Origin: Cyanophora paradoxa CCMP329 | Lineage: Eukaryota; Plantae; Glaucophyta | Assembly: GCA_004431415.1 (NCBI GenBank) | Contig: QPMI01000288.1 | Coordinates: 3,756-67,755 of the forward strand | DNA length: 64,000 nt | Direction: 5' to 3' | Shown: positions 23,148-35,504 of the stretch, piece after piece | How the letters are laid out: every line of letters starts with the position of its first letter | How positions within the stretch are numbered: position 1 is the stretch's first letter | Translations under genes and position numbers: made by a program | The notes under the pieces: model-generated | Database searches by the model: none | Seen by the model: the letters and a program-made list of their open reading frames with translations, nothing else | What the model was told of the DNA's origin: nothing

Positions 23148-25649
23148 ATGGGCGTAATCCGGTCGTTCTACACCTTCAGCGCCTTGCGCGGCCGGTCGAC
23201 CTGCCTGCGGCTCAAGTATGACTTCCCCAGTGCGTGCCTTTAAGTAGAGTCACTCCCCGCGCAACGTCACGGACGATCTCGATGTTCTACGTTCGCCCCG
23301 AGCGGCGCGGCAGCGCGCGTAGGCAGGAAAGCAAGTTTAGTTGCGTCTTAGCTTCGCCTGAACGTGCCCGGGGTCGGGTCATCCACGGCCTGAAAGCCGG
23401 CGCTGTTGACTTCCTCCGTCGCGTCCAGGGGCAGACGCACATAGAGAGTTCCTGCGGAGACGGCGGATGCACGATTTCCGGCCTCCCGCGGCGCTGAGGT
23501 GCCGGCGTTGGCGCCGCCGCCGCTCGCGCCGGCTCGCGTTCAATTCGCGGCGGTGACGCGAGCGCAGCGCGGAGGGCCGGCACGCGGTGCTCGACGGCGA
23601 CGTCTCGGTCCACGGCCTCGTGAAGAAGATCAGGCGCGCTCGGGGCCGGCCGGGCGCCGGCGCCGCCCCGGCCACTGCGCTGACTCGCCACTGATCCACC
23701 GAGTGGCGGGGCCAGGGCCGGCAAGGTCCGCAGGATCGTCGTGCTCTCGGGGGCCGGGGTCTCCACCGCCGCCGGCATACCAGGTTCCCCACCCCCGATG
23801 GCCTACCACCTCTCAGAGTCTCTCGCCCAGCTCGTCTTGGGCTGACCCCCCCCTCGCCCCGCCCCGCAGACTTCCGGTCCCCGGGGTGAGCGTTCGCCTG
23901 CGACGGGAGGGGTGCCTAGGTAGCCCGCCCGGTGAGCCGCCGCGCAGATCCGGCCTCTACGACAACCTGCACAAGTACGACCTCCCTGAGCCCGAGGTCG
24001 GCATACCGCCGGCCCCCTCCGCCCTTTACTCCCGTGACAACGGCCGCAGGCGATTTTTGGTGCGGGCCCGGGGTGCCCGCACACGGGGCCCCCGCCAGGC
24101 CGGGGCTCAAGCGCTTGAACTCACAGATCTGAACTACTTCCGCGCGCGACCGGAGCCCTTCTTTGCTCTTGCCAAGGACCTTTACCCCGGCAATTATATA
24201 GTGAGCACGGGCGCTCCCTTCTTGGCGTCTGCCCTCCCTCCCCCCCCTCCCCCCCGCTCCCCCACCTCCACCCCCCCTCCCCCTCCGTGGCCCTTGGCTT
24301 CGCGTTCGCAGCGCCGACTCTCGCGCAGCCGACGACGAGCCACTACTTCGTTCGCCTGCTCGCGGAGAAGGTGCGGAGAGGCGCGGGGCGGCGGCAGGGG
24401 CGCCGACGGGCGAGGGCCGGGCGTGCAGGGCCTGCTCCTCCGGAACTACACGCAGAACATCGACACCCTCGAGCGAGTCGCAGGTGCCCCGCGCCCCTCC
24501 CCCTGCCCCCTTCCCCACCCTCCCCCCTTCCCCCCTTCCCTCCCCGCCCACCCCCGTGGTCGCGGTGGGCGACAAGGGATCGAGCCGGAGCTGCTCGTGG
24601 AGGCGCACGGGTCCTTCGCCGGCGCCCGCTGCATCGACTGCCGCCTCCCCTACGACACCGAGTTCATGCGCGGTGCCCCCTCCCCTCCTCTCCCACCCGC
24701 CGCCCCCTCGCTGATCGCGGGGCGCAGCGGAGGTGATGGCGGGGAAGATCCCACGCTGCCCGGACTGCAAGGGTGCGCCCCAGGCCACCGCGCCGCCCCG
24801 TGCGCCCCGCCTCGCCTGACCCCCGCTGCCGTCTGCAGGCTTGGCGAAGCCGTCGATCGGTGCGGGCGGGCGGGGGGCCCCGGGGCGGGGCGCGGGGCGC
24901 GTGCCCCTCCAACGCGCCTCGCGCAGTTTTCTTCGGCGAGGGGCTGCCCCCGCGCTTCTTCCAGCTCTGCGACAAGGTGCCCCGCCCCCCTGCACGCCGC
25001 CTTGCCCCGCCCTCGGCCCCCTTCCAAGGCGGCGCAGGACCTAGCCGAGTGCGACTGCCTCCTCGTCATGGGCACCTCCCTGCAGGTGCCTTCGGGCTCC
25101 CCGGCCCCGCGGCGCGCCTCACGTCGCCTCCGAGCCGCCTCCTCTCTCCCCGTCGCAGGTCATGCCCGTGGCGGAGCTCCCCGCGCGCTGCTCGCCCTAC
25201 GCCCCGCGCCTCCTCGTCAACCGCGAGACCGTCGGCACCCTCGCCCAAATCCCAGGTTCGATTCCCCCCGCGCCCCGCTTTCTTCGGGGCGTCGACGTGC
25301 GCGCGCGCCGCAGACGGCTTCCGCTTCGGGATGGCGGACAACTACCGCGACGTGCGCATGATGGGCTCCACCGACGACTGCGTCCGAAAGCGCGCCGTAC
25401 CCTGCCCCATCTTCCTCCGCATTCACCTGGCCGATACCCCTGGGCCCCACCTCAGGCTCTGCCACATGCTCGGCTGGGACGAGGACCTCGACGACGTGCG
25501 CGTGGCCCGGCCCCCGCGGAGCCTGAAGGGCACCCAATATACATATTTTCTAGCGTTTGTCGGTTTGACTTTCCCCTCCGTTGCAGGTTATCGAGCGTGG
25601 CAGGCGTGAGGCGAAGAAGAACGCGCACCACCTCCGGGGCGAAAGTTAG
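23148..25649 (+). CDS. SIRT2: NAD-dependent deacylase, class I sirtuin (SIRT2/3-like); start uncertain
   Basis: SGAGVSTAAGIP|DFRSPG, GLYDNL..YDLPEPE|AIF|D, PEPFFALAKDLYPG, YTQNIDTLE, EAHGSF..CIDC..CPDC, KPSI|VFFGEGLP, VMGTSLQ|VMP, LLVNRE; TAG at 25647-25649. Confidence 0.93.
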
Positions 25650-26012
25650 GCCAGGCGGAGAGCGCACACCGCTGGGACACGCGTGTGGCCATCAAGCTCC
25701 CTGGCCGCAATGCCGTCCCGTAAGCCCCACTGGGCCAGCGGCAATCTCACTTCTTTCAAACTTACACGCCTGTACATATTAGCCGCGCCCAGCGATATTC
25801 GATGATCATGATTTCATGTTAAAATGACATTATCTCCAATGCACGTAGCAGCAATATCCCGATCGGCGCCGGCATTATACCTATAGCTTAGTACTAGTAT
25901 GTCCGGGATCAGCGCGCGGATCCCGCGGCCGGAGTAGTCGCGCCGCGGATCCGGAAAGGGTACGATTTACACTTCGTTCGCCGGTTCGCCCCGACCTCTG
26001 GCAGCCCCGTAG

Positions 26013-28940
26013 CTGGTACAGCTGAAGAAAGAGAAGCTGGCGACGCGCAGTACCGTACACGAGCGACTCCAGGCCAGGCTCGCGAAGAAGCAAGGGCGTC
26101 AAGATGGCGCCGTCGTCCGGCGGGATGCAAGGGCGCACGACCCGCTTGTGAACAGCGTCATAGCGGAGACCGGGCTTTCCGGCTTTGACGCGAGCTCCGG
26201 TGACCGTCGCCGGCTTGCATGGGACGTCGGCCACGGCGTGGCCAGCCCGTTCGGCGTTCCGCGACTGAGCGGAGCGATCGAAGACGATCAGCTTTCTGTG
26301 TTCTTTCGTTCTCTCACCCCCGAGGAGCGCGCGAGGCTCCTCCGCATCGACCGCAATGTCCGCGTCCCGCCACGGCAGTACAGCGCCTTTCGTATTGACG
26401 CGCGGTCGCGCAGGCCCTGCAGCGTGAGCTGCATGTCCCAAGGGACCTCACGAATGCCGCGTTCTATGCGCTGGAGACGAACCACTCGTACGGAACCAAG
26501 CCGGACGTAGTGCCGCCGCCTACCGTTCACAGCACCCTCGCGAACCTCAACGGCCTGCACTTCTACATCGAGCATGAGGAGGTTGAAGTCGAGGGAGAAG
26601 GAATGCGGACGGTGGGAGAGTACGGGATCCATCAGCGCCGCATGCTGGACGACACGCGCACGCAGCCCGGCCTCTCCCGCGTGAACGCCATGCCGCACAT
26701 CAAGGTTGTGAGCGATTTGGCGAATCCCTTTTCGAGCGTCTTCATGACAAAGCACTACGAGCGGCCGGTGCGGAGGAGCCAGCGGGACAGCAAGGACAAC
26801 AGGCCGGAGGTCCCCGGCGAAGTGGAGCCTGCCTTCACGTACAGGAAGGGCTGGGACGCGCGCGACATGGTCTTCAAGCTGCGACTCTTTGTGAACGCGA
26901 CGGGGACGACTCCAGAAGCGCGCGGGGGCGACGCGGAGAGGAGTTCCAAAGAGGAGCGGGCGGCGGAGCGGCCGCTGCTGCTCCTGCACGACCCGCTGTT
27001 GCCCCACGACCCGCCGCACCTCCTCGCTGAGTGGCAGTTCTCCCAGTCCGAGCTTCTGCTCGCCCTCGAGGCTATTCCCACCGAGCAGGCATGCCTGCCG
27101 GCCCCGCGCCGCCGCCAACGCGGCCCTGGCCCTGACCCCCGCGTGTACGCGCGCAGTACCAGTTTCCGAACAGCGTCTGCGTGCACCCGCCCTTCCAGCA
27201 GTCCTCCTCGGACATCTGCTCCTCGTTCTTCGCGGGGGTCACCTGCGCGGGCGGCTTGGGTGAGGACGAACCGCACTTCCAGGTTCCTTTGCGCGCCGTG
27301 CGATTCCACCGCACCGCACCGCCGGCCAACACCCGCCACAGGTCCATCAGGAGTCCGTCTCCGGCGGCTCCAAGCTCGTCCTGAAGCGGCTCGAGGCGCG
27401 CCCCCTCCCGCCCCGCTCCTCTCCTTCTCTTCCTTACGTCTGGCGCAGTTCTGCATCCGCTGGGCTGACCTGGACCCGCATATCTCCTTCGAGCGGGCGG
27501 AGCGGATCCCCTCTTCTTCTTCCTCCTCGCCCCTCGACGGCCCCGGCCTCAACATCGGGGTGTGCCGCCGCCGCTCCCGAAGCCCCCGCCAGCCCGCCCC
27601 GCGCGAACAGCGCCGGCAGCAGGCGACGCTTTCGGGGCTGGAGGAGCAGCTGCTGCTGACGCGGGACGGGAAGCGGGAGCTGGCGATGCTGACGGCGGAG
27701 TCGAGCACGGTGCAGGGGGCGACGCTGGTCGACCTGAGGAGGGCGGCCGAGATGTTCCGGCCCCTCCAGAGCCAGCTCGACGGCCTCATTGCCAAGCAGG
27801 TCTCCTGCGCGCCGCCCGCCCCGCCCCCGCCCCGCCCCCCGCCCCGGCGCCCACGCCCCGCCGGCGCGCGCAGGCGCCCTCTTCAAACCCCGCCACGGTT
27901 GGCATCACCACGAACGGCCTGAGCCTCTTTGACGTGCGCCCGCCCGGCGCCCGCCGCTTCCGCTTCCCCGCCCCGCCGCCCGAGACGCCCCGGGGGCAGC
28001 CCAAAGCGATGGACCTCGTTGGGACCGAGTTCGCCGACAACGAACGGAGGTGCGGCCCCGTCGCCCGAGCCCTCCGACGCCCGTACCCCGGACCGAACCG
28101 GGGCACCCGCAGGGCGCTTGATGCGTGGAGGCAACTGCGGCGCCTCAAGTCGAAGCTGGAGACAGCAGACTCGTGCGCGCAACGCCTCGCCTCGCGAAGG
28201 TGCCGGCCGGCGGGCCCCGACTCGCGGTCGCGGGGGTGCAGGGACCTGGCCCTGGTGGAGGATGACCTCGGGGAGCGGGACGAGTCGGGGGAGGAGCAAG
28301 GCGCCGACGGGGCGGGGAGGAGGGTGCGACATCCTCCCTCCCCCCCCCCCTTCCCCTCCCCCCGCGGGCCTGAGCGCCGGGGCGGGGCAGTTCGACCCGG
28401 ACTTCTACGGGCTGGAATCCCTTCTGGCCAAGGCCCGCAGGTCCCCCTCCATGTCCCGCTTCCGCAAGGGCCCGCCCGCCCCCGCCCCCCCCCTCCCCCC
28501 CCCTCCCCCCCCCCCCCCCGCCCCCCTCGGCGCCGGCCCCTGAGGCTCCTCCGCCCGCCAGCCTTCGACCAGCGAGTCCTCAAGCAGCTCATCGACACAC
28601 GCGACCAGAAGCTCCTGGTGCGCCGCGCGTCCCCGCACCGCCCCCGGAGGGCGGGTACCGGCATCTCGTGCAGGAGAGGTTGATGGCGAGGGGCTGACGG
28701 CTGCGGGGGCAGTTGGAGGGGCACGACCCGCGCAACCCCGACGAGTTCGGCACGCACCCGCAGGAGAAGGCGCGCCCGCCGCCCGCGAGGCGCCGGGGCC
28801 GGGGGCGGGGCGGGGGTGTGAGGGCGGGGCGGGGCAGCACCGGGTGGCGGCGCGCGAGGTCGTGGAGCGCCTCAAAGCGGACGTCGACGGCGCCCTTAAC
28901 GCCTTCCAGAGTGCGCCCCGCCGCGCGCGGCGACCGCCCC

Positions 28941-28972
<32 letters not shown>

Positions 28973-31900
28973 CTCGCTGGGGCGCCCCGCAGGGGAGAAG
29001 CTGGAGGGGGAGCAGGCGACGGGGCGGCAGGAGGAGGCCTTCAAGGCGCGCCTGCGGGAGATCCACGACGCCCTCGCCGCCGCCGAGGACGGCGCCCCCG
29101 CCAGCGTCCCCGCCCTCACCGTGCGCCAGCCCCGCTCCGCCCGACTCTCTTCCTGGGCGCCGGCCGAGCTTGGTGCGGGGCGGGCGTAGCGGGATCGGCA
29201 GCGGGTGCAGGAGGCGCTGGCGGAACTGGAGCGGAACAAGCAGCGGGTGGCGGACACGAAAGGGCGGCAGCAGCGGCAGCTGCAGTACCAGGTGGAGATC
29301 GTGCGCTGCGTCTTCCAGGCGGGGGCCCTCCAGGAGCAGCTCAAGAACGCGAAGAGCCTGATGCTCAAGTGCCGCCAGCTGGAGACGCAGCGCCTCGCCC
29401 TCCTCACCCCGACCTGCCACCTCCTCCTCGCCGCCATCGCCAAGGGCATGCTCGAGGCCGTCGAGCAGGAGCGCCGGCAGCGCGAGGCGCGGCGCGAGGC
29501 CGAGGCCGCCGAGGCCGCCCACGCCCGCAAGCAGGACGAGGCGCGCGAGAAGCGCGAGGCGCGCAGGGCCGAGAAGGAGAAGAAGGAGAAGAAGAAGGAG
29601 GGGCCCAAGGGGGAGGAGGAGTGGACGGAGGAGGAGGAGGGGCGGTTGGCGGCGCTCGTCTCGCACTACCTCCCCGGGCGGGAGCACCTGGACTGGAAGG
29701 ACTTCTTCGAGGACGCGAAGAAGGCCGCCGAGGCTGACCGCTTCGACCTCGCCCCCCTGCGCCGTGGCGGCGAGCTCCGCCCCACCGTCCAGCTCACCCG
29801 CCGCTGGTGCCTCCCGGGGCCCTCCGGCCTCTCCCTCGAGACCCGCTGGCGCCGCGCCCGCGCCGCCGAGGCCGAGGAGCGCGCCAAGGCCGAGGCCGAG
29901 GCGGCGGCGGCGGAGGCGGCACGGCGAGCCCGGGAGGAGGCGGCGCGGGGAGGAGCACCGAGGACGACTCGTGCGCCGTCGCCCTTCCGCGCCCCCGCCG
30001 GCGGCCGCGCCGCTGGGCTGAGGGCGGGGCTGGCGCGCAGGGAGGACGAGCGGCTGCTGCGGCGGTTCGAGCAGCGGGCCTCGGGCGGCGGCGGCGACCT
30101 CGCCCCGAGGCGCCCTCCACCGTCGAGCGGCCCCGCCCGCCGCCCGCAGCGCCCCGCCCGCCCGCGACAGCCCCGCCCGCGCACCCGAGGACGCCCCGCC
30201 CTCCGCGAGGTCACAGGCGCAGGCCGGCAGGGGGCAGGCGCAGCCACCGGCCCCGCGGGGCTCTCCGCCGGCGCCCCCGGCCCAGGCATCGGGGCCCCAG
30301 GCGGCGCGGCGGACGCCGCCGCCCAAGGCGAGCGCCCCGGCGCCGCCGGAGAGACAGTCGCCGGCCCCCCAGGCGGCAGCACCCGCTCCGCCGCAGCCGA
30401 AGGGCCCCGCACCACAGCCGTCGCCCCCGAGGAGCCAGGCCCAGCCGCAGCCGCATCCGCCCCATCAGCCGCAGCCGCAGCCGCCTCCTCAGGCGCAGCC
30501 GGCGCAGGGTCGGGGAGCGGGCGCGGGGCGGCCGCCCTCCCCCGCGCAGCGCCTGGCTGCCCCTCCGCAGCCGCAGCCGAGCGGAAAGGGCAGCGGGGGT
30601 CAGCAGCAGGCCCCTCCGAAGCCGCCGCACGCCTCCTCTGCTACGCGGCCGTCTCCGCCGGCCTCCGCCGCCCCGCCGGCCTCGGTGACGCCTCCCACGG
30701 GACGCGAGGCGCAGGCGGCGGCCGCGAGCCCGGCAGCGGCCCCTCAGCCCAGAGTCTCCGACCCCTCCCCCTCCGCCCGCCCTCCCCGCCGCCCCGCGCC
30801 TCTCCCGACGTCTCCCCTCTCGCTGGCCCGCGCCCCGCCCCGGCGCCGCCGTCCCGCCCTCCCTCTGTCCGCCGCACCTGCGGCGACCCCGGCACCCGCC
30901 CGGGCGCCGCAGCGCCGCTCGCCTCGCCCCCGCACTCTCTCCGAGTCCAAGCCTCCGCCTGCCCCGGACGCTCCCGCCCCCGCCGAGGCGGCGCCGCCGG
31001 CCGACGAGCCGGCCGCCGTGCTGCCTCTGGCGGAGGCGCTGGCGCCGCCGCCGTTGGAGCCGCACGCGGCGCTGGTGCGGCAGCGGGAGGTGCTGCCGGC
31101 ACTGCGGCGCCGCTTCTCGTACGCGCTGCTCGTCACCGGCCTCGGGGAGGTCCCCCGCGGCGCCGCCTCCGCCTTCGCCGCCGCCCTCTCCCGCTTCCTC
31201 TTCTCCGGGATGGACCTGCTGGTGGAGTTCAGGAGGCCGGACGCGCGCGCGGCCGCCGAGCGGCGCCTCTACGCCGGGCTGGCGGCCCGCTACTACTGCC
31301 AGACGCTCCGCTGCGGCCGGCTGCGGCACCTCCACCTCTCGGAGCGCCTCCCGCACCCCGCCCCGCCCCTCCCCGAGCCCGTCGCCGGCCTCCCCTTCCC
31401 CTGCGCCCCCGCCTCGACCCCCGCGCGGCCCCTCCCGCCCCGCGCCGTCGCCCGCGCTGCCGCCCTCCTCGAGGGGGGCGCCCCCCCGGAGGAGGACGAG
31501 GAGCGCGTCGCCCTCGCCCCCGTCGCCGGCATCGCCCGCGCTATCCTCGACGTGCTCCTCCCTCTTGCCGTCACGTCATGTACCCCCCTCACGCCGCGCA
31601 GGCGCTCCGTCTCTCGCCGGCGGTGCGGGAGCTGCTGGCGGCCCCCGCCGCCGGCGAGGAGCCGGCGGGCGCCGTGCCGGCCTTCCTCCCCCTCCTCCGC
31701 GGGGCCGCCGAGCACCCCGAGGAGCCCCTCCCGGCCGCCCTCGTCGACGCCGCCGCCGCCGCCGCCTCCGAGGTGGCCTGCACCCCCTCCCGCTCCCTCC
31801 ACCCGCCCCTCACGCCCCGCAGCTGGCGGCCTGCTCGCTCCTGCCGCAGCGGCCGGGGGAGCCGCCCGCCCTGGCCGACCTCGCCGACCCCATCCTCGAG

Positions 31901-33156
31901 GTCCGCGCGCACCCCCCGCGCCCGCCCGCCCTCACCTCTGAGCGGCCGCGCAGGCCCTCGAGGGCCTCGCTCCGCCCCTCGCCGGCGCCCTCGACACCCG
32001 CTTCGCCGTCTCCGTGCGCCTCGTCGCCCTCCCGCGCCCTCCTCCTCGCCGCATGCTGAGCGTGCCGCCGGGAGGAAGGCGGCGTGCGGGGAGTGCGGGG
32101 CGATCGGGGGGGAGGACCCCCACTCCGCACGCCTCCTCCACCTCCCCGTCTCCTCCCTCCTCGACGAGGCACGCGATACCGCCCTCTCCCCTACACCTCC
32201 CCTCTAAGGGTCCCCGCAGCTGCCGGGCCTGCGCCTGGAGCGGGTGCTTGCGCGAGTGGCCTCCTGGGAGCTGCGCAAGTGCCCCGTGGCGGAGTGCCCG
32301 GGGACGGCCGGCCCCGCCACGGCCCTGCTGCGCGCCCCGCCGGCCCTCCTCTTAGCCACCGCCTGGGACGTCCCCGCGATCCTCGAGCAGGTCCCGCCCT
32401 GCCCGCGCCCTCGCCGCCCTCCCTCGCCTCGGGCCTGCTTGGAGACGCGCCGGCCGGCAGGTCCAGCTCATGCTCTCCTGGCTGCCGGCGGGGCTGGACC
32501 TGGGGCAGGCCTTCGCGGGGGGGCCCGGACTGGAGCGGCCGGCCCCCTACGCCCTCCGCGCCGTCTCGTGCTACCGCGAAGCCTCCGCCACCGTCTTCCA
32601 CGCCCCCGACGGCCCCGTCCGCCTTCTTCCTCTCCCCGCCTTGCCTTTTCCTCTCCAGCTGACCTCCGCCCTGCGCGCAGGCCGGCCCCTGGGAGGTGCG
32701 CCCCGACGACGGATCGCCACCCTCCGAGCTCCCCTCGTTCGGCGCCGTCGTCCAAGAGGCCCGCCCCCCCCCCCCTCCCCCCCCCCCCCCCCTTCTTCGA
32801 ACAGGAGCCTCGCCCCTGCAGCGCGGAGGCCGTCTCACCCCTTCTCTCCCTCGCGCGCGCAGATCCTGGGCCGACAGCTCCTGCCCGACCTCCTCTGGTA
32901 CGAGCAGCAGGCCGCCCTCGCCGGCGTGCCCGCCGAAGCCGTCGGCCCCGTACCCCCCCACCTCGTCTACGAGATCCCGCCCGGCGTCCCCTTCTACCCC
33001 ATACCCGTGCCCGTCGCCGTCCACCTCGCGTATCCCGTCCCGATGGCGTACTCCCCGGTCCAGGAGGGCGAGGCGCTGCAGCCGCCGGTGGGCGAGCCTC
33101 TGCCGACGCCTCCCGCGCCCGACACGCCCCCTCCGGGCGACGTGCAGCTCGCTTAG
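26013..33156 (+). CDS. Large coiled-coil/SANT-like protein with a C-terminal degenerate USP53/54-type peptidase domain; first exon not resolved
   Basis: FFRSLTPEERARLLRID N-terminal motif; long coiled coil; WTEEEEGRL..DW..RW (SANT-like); C-terminal CGEC..CPVAEC Zn ribbon, RAPPALLLATAWD, LDLGQAF, YALRAVSCY, W...DD...FGAVVQE..LLPDLLWYEQ. Confidence 0.6.
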
Positions 33157-33488
33157 TTGCTCTTTGCGATTTTTTTTGCAGCTGACAGCTTACGTTCAGT
33201 TACTCTCGCTCTTTGAACTCGATGTACCAACTTTGTATCAACTCACGACAGCTAAGAATGATCTCTCGCGACCTCTTCCATCATGGCATCGACTTTGATT
33301 CCCGTGTATATCTATAGCTATCTATTGTCACAGTGTGTTGGTTGTTCGAACGTCGTGGCTTTAATCCGATTCAGCGCTGACTAGTACTTCGAATGCCCCC
33401 TGCAGCTGGGCGCCGAGTTGTCTTTCAAATTCAAATCCAGTCTCCATCTATGAAACACACACACGTTGTCGGTGACAAATACCTGCCC

Positions 33489-34319
33489 TTAATTGAAAAA
33501 TTCTTCCCGGTTATCATTGAGGGAAGCGGATGAAGCCGCGTCAGAATCGGATGAGCGGCTTCGGCGGCGGAGAGGAGCTCTTGCCGTCCTTTGGGGGAGC
33601 AGGAGGGGGCAGCAGCTTGAGCCTCCGCTGCGCCTGGGAGCCGGCCGCGGACTCATCTATCGCTGTACTGAGATCGGCCTCCGACGCCTCCACGTATTTT
33701 GCGAAAATCTGCGTGATCAAATTTCAGCGCGGCGTCGCTGGGACGACCGCTGCGCGTGCCAAGCGCACGGCGATCAAATCGCACCTTGAGCACGTCGGAG
33801 CGGATGGAGGCAATGATCTCGAGCGCTTCCACTGCCTGCTCTTGCTGCGATTTGGAGTCGTCGTACTCCACGTAGCGCGCCAGGAGCTCCGCGATCTCCT
33901 TCTCCACGCGGGCGAGCACGTCCGGGCTGAGATCTGTCCTATCCGACGCGATAATTGCGCGAGCCCGCGCCTTCATTGGATCAACGCTTCCACGGAAGCG
34001 ACCCGCCGCCTGCTTTGTCTGGATCCCGCCCGTGCGCTGCACGACAACGGCGCGGACTTTGTCCCAGAAGCTCAGAAACGGCGGAGTTGCCGACGCGACC
34101 GGGACGAAGATTGTTGGTGCTGGGGATGATTCGCAGCTCCTCCTGCAGGCGCTCCGTCGCCTCGGCGCCTGCCTGCGGCCAGTCGGCCGTCGCGCGAGCG
34201 GGAGGCGGCGAGAGCGGCGGGAACCTGTGCGCAGATGCTCCCGGCGCCTGCAAACCATCGATGCGGCGCCTGGAGACTCCCGGCAGGGCGGTGGCGGGCA
34301 CGAAGAGTGAGGGAACCAT
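33489..34319 (-). CDS. minE: Plastid division topological specificity factor MinE (nucleus-encoded, N-terminal leader, 2 introns)
   Basis: MVPSLFVPATA.. leader; FLSFWDKVR amphipathic helix; MKARARAIIASDRTDLSPDVLARVEKEIAELLARYVEYD matches the cyanobacterial MinE core (RL.L.LAHDR.DLSP..L..M..EI..V..RYVE). Confidence 0.75.
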
Positions 34320-34421
34320 CCGCTGCGGACTTTGTCCCAGAAGCTCAGAAACGGCGGAGTTGCCGACGCGACCGGGACGAAGAATGCTGGTGCTGGGGAT
34401 GATTCGCAGCTCGTCCGGCAG
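34052..34421. repeat. 97-bp direct duplication (34052-34148 and 34325-34421)
   Basis: GCGGACTTTGTCCCAGAAGCTCAGAAACGGCGGAGTTGCCGACGCGACCGGGACGAAGA... occurs twice with 4 mismatches. Confidence 0.95.
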
Positions 34422-34469
34422 ACTTTGAAGTGCGGCGCTGGGGTACATGCTCGGCGGCGCACTCGACCG

Positions 34470-35384
34470 ATGCATCACCTCGCGCTCGCCGGACCGCCTC
34501 TAGTCGCGGGGCTGGCCCTTGCGTTCGTCATCGGGTGTGCCGCGCGAGTCCCGCACCGCCTCGCCCAAGACATGACCCGCGTTTCAGGTATTTCGCCCAC
34601 AGCTTTTTCGGTGGCGACATCACGGGCGATGAGGCGCCTCCCAGCAGCTGGACGCCTGGCGAGGAGTATAAGCTCGTGCGGCCCATGGCGCGAGCGGAAT
34701 GCGCTGCAGCCGGCTCTGAGGGCTGCGCGCCTGCAGGTTCTCTGTGTGCGCCAGGATCTGAAGATGACATCGGGCAAGGTTCCGCATCGCGTCTAACGCC
34801 GATCTCCCGCCGCTCCGCCCCGACTCGCCGCGCTGCAGATTGCGGCCCAGTGCAGCCACGCGACGCTAGGCGCCTACAAGAAGGGCATCAAACGCGGCCG
34901 CGCGAACGAGATCCAATCCTGGTCGACGCCCGTTCGCTCGTCGTCTCTCGAATTGCGTTGTGCTGACCCTGCGACGCGCCAAGGGAGTGGAGCGGCCAGC
35001 CCAAGATCGCCGTGCGCGTGCAGAACGAGAAGGAGATGCTGGAGCTCGAGCGCAGGGCACGCCAGGCTGGCATAGACACCTACATCGTTCGCTCCGCCCC
35101 ACCGTCCGCCGCCCCTGGGCAGCCGCCGACGCCGCCGCGTGCCCCGGCAGGTCTGCGACGCGGGCCGCACGCAGATCAAGGCGGGCTCCAGGACCGGTGC
35201 GCCCCTCTGCCACGGCCCCTACGCCTGTCGCTTCGCTCACCCTCGCGCCCTGCCGGGAACCCAGTTCTCGCCGTCGGGCCCGGTGCGATGTCTTTCCTCC
35301 GATTCCTTCCCCTGGCCTCACGGTCTCCCCGCAGCTCCCAAGCGCGCTGTCGACGCCGTGACTGGCCATCTAAAGCTCTTGTAG
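34470..35384 (+). CDS. PTH2: Peptidyl-tRNA hydrolase 2 with N-terminal TM anchor
   Basis: LVAGLALAFVIG|YF..EEYKL|VLCVRQDLKMTSGK|IAAQCSHA..W|EWSGQPKIAV..|VCDAGRTQIKAGSRTV|LAVGPA|P...VDAVTGHLKLL*. Confidence 0.95.
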
Positions 35385-35504
35385 GCTACTTTGTAGCACC
35401 CTGGGACCCCGCTTTTTGAGTGTCACAGTGTTCCCTCGCCCGTGTGCCCTCGCGGGGGAGAGGGAGGCCGGCGGCTGTGGCTCGCGCGCTTGCACACCGG
35501 CGTG

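Noticed and set aside
20325-29000. Long poly-G and poly-C runs as functional G-quadruplex elements
   Set aside because: Ubiquitous in introns of this genome, and homopolymer lengths are unreliable; no locus-specific signal.
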